The notes under the pieces were generated by a model that saw nothing but the letters and a program-made list of their open reading frames with translations, had not been told where the DNA came from and did not search any database. Shown piece by piece: positions 19,515 to 27,900 of a DNA stretch of 64,000 bases; position 1 is the first letter of the stretch; the number at the start of each line of letters is the position of its first letter. Origin of the DNA: an uncultured bacterium. GTDB lineage: Bacteria > Oederibacteriota > Oederibacteriia > Oederibacteriales > Oederibacteriaceae. The position numbers were made by a program, and so were the translations under genes. The DNA lies in the NCBI GenBank assembly GCA_965112635.1, contig OZ218778.1, positions 1,568,001-1,632,000 on the forward strand. The letters run 5' to 3'.

Positions 19515-19805
19515 ATGAAAAAACCAGAACCAGAAAATATGAAAATGATTCAAGCGGAAACAGATAGTGGCTTCAAAGAGATAATGAATTCGTTGTCTAC
19601 GATTGTAAGCTGTATGAAAGAAATCCACGATGATGAAATCTTACGGCAGGTTGAAATTCTGGATGCGTATAAAGTTGCTTCTGATGCGATCTTGAGAGTA
19701 GAGAAAAAATTAAACGCTATGAAACTTATATTAAACAAAAAAGGGGAATTGGTACAGGCTGTTACTGCTACCGGATTGAGTAAGGTAAAAGCGAGCCTGA
19801 ACTAG
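19515..19805 (+). CDS. Hypothetical protein
   Basis: 96 aa helical ORF with a purine-rich RBS. Confidence 0.55.
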   Translation: MKKPEPENMKMIQAETDSGFKEIMNSLSTIVSCMKEIHDDEILRQVEILDAYKVASDAILRVEKKLNAMKLILNKKGELVQAVTATGLSKVKASLN

Positions 19806-19954
19806 AAAGTCAGCGCAGAAAAAGCTTTGATATCAGAACTTTGGGCATATTAAGGAATAGCTTATTGTTCCGATTCTTTTACCAGTTTTTATGATTAATT
19901 GTGTTAAAAGTTCATTAATAAAGCTAGATTTAGGCAAGAAATCAAGACGCTATC

Positions 19955-19983
19955 TTGACACACATAGTTGTTTGTGGTATAAA
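19955..19983 (+). promoter_or_regulatory. Sigma-70 promoter of the defence operon
   Basis: TTGACA-17 nt-TATAAA with extended -10 TG; GGAGG RBS before 20023. Confidence 0.7.
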
Positions 19984-20022
19984 TAACACCGATGGCAGAC
20001 ATACATATTTAAGGGAGGCACG

Positions 20023-22653
20023 ATGAGTCTTGCAGATTTCTTAACCCCGAGGAAAGAGGTTCTTCGTAAAGAAGGTATAGAAAGCGTTATTGATATTGAG
20101 AATCTGAATGATCAAAAGAAAATATCCATCGAATCCCGTCCTGAAGATTTTTTTGATTTAACCTGGCCTACCAGTGATATCAAATTAGTGATAGAACACC
20201 TGAATAATCGGTTTAATTCAAAAGAAAAGACCTCTGGTTTATTTCTTTTAGAGGGTTTTAAGGGTAGTGGTAAATCCCACATTGAATTATTGGTCTATCA
20301 TCTTTTCAAAAATAACGCTGCCTCCAGACCTTGGCTGGCAAAACATAATCTAGAGTGCAACCTACCTGCTGACGCTATAGTGAGTATTCATAAGTTCACG
20401 GATTTTCCTTTGGATTCGATCTGGTCAATTGTTTTTGAAAGTCTAGGAGCGAGTAAGCAGGTTTCTGCCTCTAAGGTTCCTAATCTTAAGGAACTGCAAG
20501 CGGCATTAAAAGGTAAAAAACTTGTCTTAATACTTGATGAGCTTGAGAGAGGTATCCTAAGTATTCCAGACGAAAACAGAAGAGAGCAAAATCTTGGATT
20601 TTTACAGATGCTCTCAGAGGAATCACTTCGCAGTCATGATGCATCAATTACCATAATTGCTTCTGTTTACGATTCAAATAAGGAACCGGGTTCCACTTTA
20701 AAGCGTATTTCCAGACTTGATGTAAAGTTCGCAGAACCAACCGATAGACAAAAGATCGTCTTCCATAGATTGTTTTCTAATTTCCAATCGCTTGAACAGA
20801 ATAAGGTGACATCAATAATTCAGAGCTATGCTAATCAGTGGAAAAAAGAGAATGTTAATGTGAATGAGAAATATTTGGATAAGTTTAGGAATGCTTTTCC
20901 CTTTACACCTGAATTATTGGATATGCTTTTAGAAAAAGTTTTAAAACAAAATTTTCAAGGTAATCGTGGGCCGTTGGGTCTACTCGGAAATATGGTTCGC
21001 AATATGTATCAAAAAGTTGATGTAATTTCTGCAGCCCATTTGGATATTGATGATAATGGTATAAGAAACAGGCTGACCGACCTTGATCCAGGTCAGGGCT
21101 TGATTCAGTGCGCTCAGAACGACCTGAAGGGTCTCAGGGAATTAAAGTATTCATCGGAGATCGTAGCTAGTGTGTTGATAGGAACGCTGGCCAGCTCTGG
21201 AAATCTTAAGGGTATTCATGGAGATGATCTGGCAAAGCAAGTGCTTAGGCCAGGTGATGATATTAATGTTTACAACGCTACTTTACAGGCATTTCAGAAG
21301 ATGGGCGCCTATTTTCAGAGCTCAGAAGGGAACTACTTCTTTGATGTCCAAGAAAAACCCAGCGCTAAGATCGAATATCATTCCCTGCGAATCGATCCCA
21401 AAGAAGCCTTGGATTTCGCTCTAGATCGATGGAAAAAGTATGTTTTTAGCGATCCCCAAGCGGTTGTATTTAGAGATGTTGCTCAGGCAAAAGCTGAACT
21501 ATCAGTCCGGGAGAAGAATGGACTTAAGTATATTTTGGCTCCAAGAAGATTAAAGCCAGAAGAAAGAACTCAGCTTTATCACGGATTGGAAAACCGTAAC
21601 CAGGTCATACTTCTCGAACCTAAATCTGATAATTTCGATGCTCTTAATAATCCCGATATTATTAAATGGTCAAAAAGGGCTAAGGCCTCTATGGAATTGC
21701 AACAATCGGCATCGGATTCTGAACGCAAGCACAAGTATGAGCAAATTGGGCAAGAAGATATTCGTTATGTTGAGGAAGCTTTTAAAAAGGCGGGCTTGTG
21801 CTATGTGTTGGTAAATCCGGGTCAGGATATAAATTCTAGTCTGGAGTTTCAACTCGAGAGAGTAGGCAATGCTACTAATAAGGAACAGGTCAGGAGGGAG
21901 CTTTCAGAAAATATATTTCCAAGACAAAGGATAGAAGACCACTTAAATGAACTATTAGACAGTGATAAGAACAGAGGACTTGTTATCGAAAGAAGTATCA
22001 GTGAGATCAGGTCAGAATATCGTAAAACTTTAGGATTTCCCGTTTTAATGACTGATATGACCATATTGATCGACGCCTTAAAGAGCCTCTCGATACAAAA
22101 GCGCATCGGTTTAAAAAACAATCGCACAAGACATTGTGGAACGACACCTCAGTTTTCCGGTGCTGAATGGGATTCTGTAGTGGTAGTTGAACCCTTTGAA
22201 GATGATAAAAAAGAAGGATTTAATTTCAACCCTCAAGTGCCGGTTAAACCTGGAGAAATAAAAGGTGGGGATGAGACTCCTCAGGCTGAACCAATATCAG
22301 CTCCAAGTTCTCAAATTGAATCCACTACGGTTTATACAACAAACCACTCTACCTTGGGCTCTTTAAGACAGGAAATCGCTGCAAAATTGGATGGGTATGA
22401 CAAGATGACAATAACTACCTGTCGATTTGTTCTATTTCTACAAAATAGCAATGCTGATTTAGGTTCATTGCCAGTCGCTCTGCGTGGGACATTAAGCGGG
22501 ATGGCTGATTTGAGCATGGAACTGGATATCGTTAAGCAAGGAGAGTTCAGCAAGGCTCAGGTAGAACAGATGGCGGAACAGCTACCCAGTTTCCAAGGGG
22601 CTGGATATAAAGCTGAATTAAAATTGATAATTAACGAAGGAAAAAATGGATAA
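20023..22653 (+). CDS. DUF499-family (BrxC-related) AAA+ ATPase
   Basis: PEDFFDLTWPT, Walker A GFKGSGKSH, Walker B LILDE, AFPFTPEL, FQGNRG. Confidence 0.85.
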   Translation: MSLADFLTPRKEVLRKEGIESVIDIENLNDQKKISIESRPEDFFDLTWPTSDIKLVIEHLNNRFNSKEKTSGLFLLEGFKGSGKSHIELLVYHLFKNNAASRPWLAKHNLECNLPADAIVSIHKFTDFPLDSIWSIVFESLGASKQVSASKVPNLKELQAALKGKKLVLILDELERGILSIPDENRREQNLGFLQMLSEESLRSHDASITIIASVYDSNKEPGSTLKRISRLDVKFAEPTDRQKIVFHRLFSNFQSLEQNKVTSIIQSYANQWKKENVNVNEKYLDKFRNAFPFTPELLDMLLEKVLKQNFQGNRGPLGLLGNMVRNMYQKVDVISAAHLDIDDNGIRNRLTDLDPGQGLIQCAQNDLKGLRELKYSSEIVASVLIGTLASSGNLKGIHGDDLAKQVLRPGDDINVYNATLQAFQKMGAYFQSSEGNYFFDVQEKPSAKIEYHSLRIDPKEALDFALDRWKKYVFSDPQAVVFRDVAQAKAELSVREKNGLKYILAPRRLKPEERTQLYHGLENRNQVILLEPKSDNFDALNNPDIIKWSKRAKASMELQQSASDSERKHKYEQIGQEDIRYVEEAFKKAGLCYVLVNPGQDINSSLEFQLERVGNATNKEQVRRELSENIFPRQRIEDHLNELLDSDKNRGLVIERSISEIRSEYRKTLGFPVLMTDMTILIDALKSLSIQKRIGLKNNRTRHCGTTPQFSGAEWDSVVVVEPFEDDKKEGFNFNPQVPVKPGEIKGGDETPQAEPISAPSSQIESTTVYTTNHSTLGSLRQEIAAKLDGYDKMTITTCRFVLFLQNSNADLGSLPVALRGTLSGMADLSMELDIVKQGEFSKAQVEQMAEQLPSFQGAGYKAELKLIINEGKNG

Positions 22654-23629
22654 ATTTTATCAGTCTATATTTCAGCAAATTATCAGGTCTGGCGCACGGC
22701 TTTCTCATGTTGAGAAATTGCTGATGAAAGAGGTATGGTCTGATAAGAGATTCTCTGAAATGGACACTGAAAAGTATTTAGTGGAGGGAGAAAAAATGAT
22801 GAATAAAGCGGAAGAGATCATTCTTAATTCCGCTTGGAGTTTATATGATGAATTGGCAGCACAATCAGAGAACAGGGGATCGCTTTTAAACACTTTTGAA
22901 CCAGATCATCCAAAAGCTTTAGTGGTTTTGGATGGAGCTTCTATTAGAGAGCTTCCCTTGCTGAAAAGTCTTGCCCAAAAGACAGGTTTTGAGGTAGTGG
23001 ATTCTAGCTATGGTTATGCAGGACTTCCTAGTGAAACAAATGCTTTTGTTGAGCAAAGATTGGTCGGTAAACCGATCTCTCCCTCGCAGTTAGACTCACG
23101 GAAAGAATTAAAAAGTAAAAACATATCCACCTATTACTATGATACTCCGATCAGAAGTTTTGAGTTGCCTAAGGTGAGCAACTCTTTATTGCTATGGTCT
23201 GCCTTTCCAGATGGGACATATACTGATTTCGAGGCGCGGTCATCGGCGCATTTTGAGTCTTTGGTAAAACAGTTTGATGTTGTATGGAAAAATATCATCC
23301 TGGCTATCCCTTCGGGGCATGAAATTGTCATAACTAGTGATCACGGATATATTTACTTTGGCGTAGACATGGAATCTTCGAGTCGATTCGGGTCGGATGC
23401 TCTTGCTTATTTAAACCAAGACCGCTTCCGTATTTTAACTGAGGGAGAGAACCTTCCTTCTGATAATTCTGATTTGATGTGTTTAAACAATCGCAGGGCA
23501 GTGATGCTAAAAGGTAGGATCAAAAATCACCCGCAGGGTAAGTCCAGCAATAAGATATTCCGTCACGGAGGCATGTCTTTGATGGAGATGCTAACGCCGT
23601 GGCTTGTCATTAAGAAGAAAAAATCATAA
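22646..23629 (+). CDS. PglZ-like alkaline phosphatase superfamily protein
   Basis: VVLDGAS, LPSET, ITSDHGY, RHGGMSLMEMLTPW. Confidence 0.85.
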   Translation: MDKFYQSIFQQIIRSGARLSHVEKLLMKEVWSDKRFSEMDTEKYLVEGEKMMNKAEEIILNSAWSLYDELAAQSENRGSLLNTFEPDHPKALVVLDGASIRELPLLKSLAQKTGFEVVDSSYGYAGLPSETNAFVEQRLVGKPISPSQLDSRKELKSKNISTYYYDTPIRSFELPKVSNSLLLWSAFPDGTYTDFEARSSAHFESLVKQFDVVWKNIILAIPSGHEIVITSDHGYIYFGVDMESSSRFGSDALAYLNQDRFRILTEGENLPSDNSDLMCLNNRRAVMLKGRIKNHPQGKSSNKIFRHGGMSLMEMLTPWLVIKKKKS

Positions 23630-23641
23630 AAGGGGGTAAAT

Positions 23642-23908
23642 ATGACTAATAAGACTAAAGAGCATGTGAAGGAGAAGATCGGCACAGCACTGGACAAGGA
23701 CGTTGTTAAGATGCTCAAAGAGCGTTCTCATTCGGAGGGTCGTCCCATCAGTGACATTTTGCAGGATGCCATCTTGAGGTATAGCACGGCTGAGTCGGGT
23801 TCAGATGACCAGCGCTTGGCTGCGGTTAAACGCCTCTGCTCACGCCCTTTCAATCTTACCAGGCAGGAACTAGATGAAATAATGGAGGAGGACTACTTCG
23901 AGCAATGA
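23642..23908 (+). CDS. RHH antitoxin (VapB-like)
   Basis: KIGTALDKDVVKMLKERS..PISDILQDAI; acidic C-terminus; ATGA overlap with the PIN gene. Confidence 0.75.
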   Translation: MTNKTKEHVKEKIGTALDKDVVKMLKERSHSEGRPISDILQDAILRYSTAESGSDDQRLAAVKRLCSRPFNLTRQELDEIMEEDYFEQ

Positions 23909-24405
23909 ACATACTAAAGATTCCTCAAAGAGAAGCTTTTCTGTTAGATGCTAATGTGATCCTTTATGCTATTGAGCGTTCTTCCAATCAATGCGAACGT
24001 TTGATGGAGCGTTGCGCTAGAAGGGAAGTATCTGGCATTCTTTCTACGCATATTTTGGCCGAGGTTATGCATCGGCTTATGGTTGCCGAGGCCAAGGATG
24101 CAGGATGGCTAACGGGTTCTAATCCTGCTCGTCAACTTGCCTCACAGCCCAACCGTATTAAGACACTTAATAGGTATGAAGAGACGGTCCGTGACCTTTT
24201 AACTGTTGGCCTAGTATTGGAATCGCCGATCCGTGAGGATTTCATTACAGCTATGGAGTTACAGCGAAGGTTTGGCTTGATGACCAATGATGCATTATTG
24301 CTGGCATTAGGCACTCGTTTGCGGATAACTTCTATTGCTTCAGCTGACCAAATATTTAAAGAAATTCCAGGGTTTTTATACTATGCCCCGGATGACTTGG
24401 AGTAA
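23905..24405 (+). CDS. PIN-domain toxin (VapC-like)
   Basis: LLDANVI, LAEV, LMTNDAL, IASADQIF acidic tetrad. Confidence 0.9.
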   Translation: MNILKIPQREAFLLDANVILYAIERSSNQCERLMERCARREVSGILSTHILAEVMHRLMVAEAKDAGWLTGSNPARQLASQPNRIKTLNRYEETVRDLLTVGLVLESPIREDFITAMELQRRFGLMTNDALLLALGTRLRITSIASADQIFKEIPGFLYYAPDDLE

Positions 24406-24410
24406 AAGAG

Positions 24411-27400
24411 ATGCCTGTAAAAAGAGCTATCGAGGAATATTTTCCCATCGTCGAAGTGAACCGTCTGGCTGTGCCGGAGCGTAATGCATTTAAACCAATT
24501 TATACAATGCATAAATGGTTTGCCAGACGCTCATCCTCGGTATTCAGGGCGATCTTGTTAGGAGCAATGAAACCGGCTGGTACGGATATCATGAAAGAGT
24601 TTTATAGAGATCATACCGATGATCCTGATACTAAAGGGAAAACAGTTCTTGATCCTTTTATGGGTGGTGGCACGACGGTAGTAGAGGCTTTGCGTCTAGG
24701 ATGCAAAGTGACTGGGATAGATTTAAATCCAGTGGCTTGGTTTATCGTCAAGACTGAGGTAGAGCCGGTTGATTTGGATGAGCTCAAGGCAGCTTTTGAG
24801 CGGTTGGCAGAGAGAAAAGTAGGGTGGTCAGCCAAGCCTTTAAAAGAAACCTTATTGAGTTTATATAAAACAGAGTGTCCGGCGTGTGGTAATAAAGATG
24901 CGGATATCATATATACTTTTTGGGTCAAGTCCGCTCCTTGTACGACGGCTACCTGTAACCATCAGACGCCCCTTTTCTCAGATTTTGTGATTTCCCAGAA
25001 AAGCCCGTCCATCAGATATTTGCCAGACTGTGTTTGTCCCAAATGTAAAAAGAAGTTCGATTGGGAGATCGAGCCTGCGGCCATGGTTGGAGATCCGAGA
25101 CTAATGGTCAATGCCGCAAAATTTTCAGCCGGGGAGGGCAGGAGTTCTGCCCGTTGGAGCTATTCTGATGGTTCTACGGTTGCCTGCCCCTGGTGTAAAG
25201 ATAAAGTAGCCCCTCAGGTATCAAGTCCAAAAACCCAGAAAAAAAAGGTGCCACTTTCCGTTAATTATTGCCCGGCTTGCGAGGAGGTTTGGCAGTTCAG
25301 GGGTGAGCTAGAGGAAAAAATATCCTGCCCATCATGTAAAAATGAATACAATCCAAAAGAAGGCAATTTGCCTGAAAGCGGCAAGTTTATCTGCAGGGGT
25401 AATTGTAATGGTAATGTGGACGCCGTTATCAGTGCAATCCGTAAACTCCCAGAAACAGAACGACTTCCTGTTAAACCGTATGCCCTTGAAGGATATTGCA
25501 GTCATTGTGACCGGGAGGAAAAAGGCGATGATAGCCAAGCGGGTCTTTTTGACAAGAATTCTAAGGCCTCGAATAAGGGCGTAAGGAATGAGATAAGTAC
25601 AATGCTTAGAAAGAACAGCGGTAAATTTATTAAAAGAATTAGTTCTGGCGATTTTTCACTTTTTAAAAAGGCTTCAGAGATTTGGGAAAGGGAAAATGAT
25701 AAATTACTTTACCCAAAGTCAGAAATACCGGAAGGTGCTGAGACGCATAGATTATTGGAGCATCATTATTTGTATTGGCATCAAATGTTTAATAATAGGC
25801 AATTGTTGGCGCTTAGTAGTTTAATAAAGGGTATTGATAAAGAAGAGAGCCAGACAATGAAAGAAATGCTGCTCAGTGCTTTTTTTAATACCCTAAATAA
25901 CATGAGTGATTTTACTTCCTATAGGCCCACTGTTGGAGCGGCCAGACAGGTATTTGCCAGGCATGATTTTCAACCCAAAATGACACCATGTGAAGTTAAC
26001 CCATGGGGAATACATGTTGGAATGGGTTCTTTCCAATCTATGTTTGATTCTGTTTTTGAAGGTAAAAAGTTTAATAAAAATGTTTATGACAGAAAGATTG
26101 TTTTTGGGAGTAATAAAGCTGATGGCTTCGAAATTAAGAAAGTTGCCAGTGGTGAAAAAGTACTAGGTACAAAAGAGGCGGTGACACTTTACTGTAATTC
26201 TTCAACTAATCTAGGAAAATTGGCTTTATTGGATATTGTTATTAGCGACCCCCCCTATTCAGGCAATGTGAACTATTCTGAGTTAGCGGATTATTTTTAT
26301 GTTTGGTTGAGGCTGATACTAAAAAATAAATATCCACACTTTAGTGCTGAACAAACCCCAAAGGTTGAAGAAGTTGTAGAAAATAGGGCCAGGCAAAAAA
26401 CAGCTAAAGATTTTGAGGCTGGCCTAATGAAGGTTTTTGAAGAGTGTAACCGTATTTCTAAGGATGATAGCTTGTTGATCTTTACTTTTCACCACGCAGA
26501 GGGTTCGGCTTGGGAGGCATTGTTAAACGCCGTTTGCGAGGCTGGTTATTGCATTGAGGCAGTTTATCCTATACATGGTGAAGCCGAATCTTCTTTGCAT
26601 TTACAGGAGAATGAGGCTATTTCTTATGATCTGATACATGTATGCCGGAAAAGGCAGAAAAATGAAAATGCTACAAAGAAAGCATGGGCAACTATAAGGC
26701 AGGAAATTCGTAAGCGTGCTAATGATGAGGCTCGGTTAATAGAGACAGGAAGATATGGTAATGAGCCATTGAGTCCTGCGGATATAAACATTTTACTCAT
26801 CGGCAAGTGCCTAGAAATGTACAGCAAGCATTATGGCACAATCATTGATCATTTGGACCAGCCTGTACCGCTCAAACGGGCTTTAGAGGAGATTAAGCTT
26901 CTTATTGACCAGCTTGTCACCAAAGAACAACCTCTCCCATCCGAATTAGAGGATATTGATGCTCCCTCCTACATATACCTGACTACTTTATGCGATAGAA
27001 AAGAAATAACTGGTGATGAGATTAGCAAAAATACCAAAGGAATCATTGAAACATCAGACTTAAAAGATTACGGCCTCATTATCAAGGGTAGGGAAAAGCG
27101 TGGTAGGACCTTTGAGGTGAAACAGCCTATTGAAAGGCTTAACGAGCTGAAGGAAAAATTTAACAAAGTGGTTTTTGTAAGCCAGCCGACTTTGGAGGGT
27201 ATAGAGGTAGCCAAGGAGGTCAAAGAAGATTTTAGATTTGTGGATTATTTGCATTTGCTTCTAGGATTGGCAGATGCTGGGGATAATCTCTTGCCATACT
27301 TGGAGAAATTCAGAGGGCTAAGGCCACAAATCCGTGCCTCCATGGAGTACCTATCGAAAAAGAATAAAAATTTTGCTGCCCCTGCCGGTAAGGTGCTGGC

Positions 27401-27443
27401 TTTACTTGACGAGAGAACTCTTTTTACAAAAAAGGAGAAATAA
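24411..27443 (+). CDS. DUF1156-family amino-DNA methyltransferase with Zn ribbons
   Basis: HKWFARR, DPFMGGGT (SAM binding), SDPPY (catalytic), many CxxC pairs. Confidence 0.9.
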   Translation: MPVKRAIEEYFPIVEVNRLAVPERNAFKPIYTMHKWFARRSSSVFRAILLGAMKPAGTDIMKEFYRDHTDDPDTKGKTVLDPFMGGGTTVVEALRLGCKVTGIDLNPVAWFIVKTEVEPVDLDELKAAFERLAERKVGWSAKPLKETLLSLYKTECPACGNKDADIIYTFWVKSAPCTTATCNHQTPLFSDFVISQKSPSIRYLPDCVCPKCKKKFDWEIEPAAMVGDPRLMVNAAKFSAGEGRSSARWSYSDGSTVACPWCKDKVAPQVSSPKTQKKKVPLSVNYCPACEEVWQFRGELEEKISCPSCKNEYNPKEGNLPESGKFICRGNCNGNVDAVISAIRKLPETERLPVKPYALEGYCSHCDREEKGDDSQAGLFDKNSKASNKGVRNEISTMLRKNSGKFIKRISSGDFSLFKKASEIWERENDKLLYPKSEIPEGAETHRLLEHHYLYWHQMFNNRQLLALSSLIKGIDKEESQTMKEMLLSAFFNTLNNMSDFTSYRPTVGAARQVFARHDFQPKMTPCEVNPWGIHVGMGSFQSMFDSVFEGKKFNKNVYDRKIVFGSNKADGFEIKKVASGEKVLGTKEAVTLYCNSSTNLGKLALLDIVISDPPYSGNVNYSELADYFYVWLRLILKNKYPHFSAEQTPKVEEVVENRARQKTAKDFEAGLMKVFEECNRISKDDSLLIFTFHHAEGSAWEALLNAVCEAGYCIEAVYPIHGEAESSLHLQENEAISYDLIHVCRKRQKNENATKKAWATIRQEIRKRANDEARLIETGRYGNEPLSPADINILLIGKCLEMYSKHYGTIIDHLDQPVPLKRALEEIKLLIDQLVTKEQPLPSELEDIDAPSYIYLTTLCDRKEITGDEISKNTKGIIETSDLKDYGLIIKGREKRGRTFEVKQPIERLNELKEKFNKVVFVSQPTLEGIEVAKEVKEDFRFVDYLHLLLGLADAGDNLLPYLEKFRGLRPQIRASMEYLSKKNKNFAAPAGKVLALLDERTLFTKKEK

Positions 27444-27884
27444 ATGCCTGGATATTTACTATTAAATCAAAAAAGTCTAACACCGCCTTTATCTGCTGGG
27501 AGAGGTGTCCAGGCAAACACTCGTAAGATTGGCTTCCTGGATTTTATTCGTGAATTAGATGATGAAACCTTTCCTTACGATGAGAATACTAGCCTGATGG
27601 TAATGGGTCTCGAAGATGTTTTATTGGCAGCCAGGCCTGATATGGATACCGCTGCAAAGGATATCTCGAGAAAGTTGCAACATGCAGCTGGGAAGTTGAT
27701 TAGCCGGGCATGTGCAGATATACAAATTGTTTTTAGGGGAAATCTCAAGCGGGGAGAAAACCTCATTGTGGAAAATGTTACGGCAAACCTGCCCATTTAT
27801 CTCATTTTTGGCTCTCCTGCGGATATGGAAATAAACGGCCAGAAGGTATTTAAGCGGGATTTTAACCTAAGTAGTCCAACATGA
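27444..27884 (+). CDS. Small hypothetical protein of the defence operon
   Basis: Starts immediately after the methylase stop; alpha/beta pattern (LMVMGLEDVL). Confidence 0.7.
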   Translation: MPGYLLLNQKSLTPPLSAGRGVQANTRKIGFLDFIRELDDETFPYDENTSLMVMGLEDVLLAARPDMDTAAKDISRKLQHAAGKLISRACADIQIVFRGNLKRGENLIVENVTANLPIYLIFGSPADMEINGQKVFKRDFNLSSPT

Positions 27885-27900
27885 TAGAGAGGATTTGATT

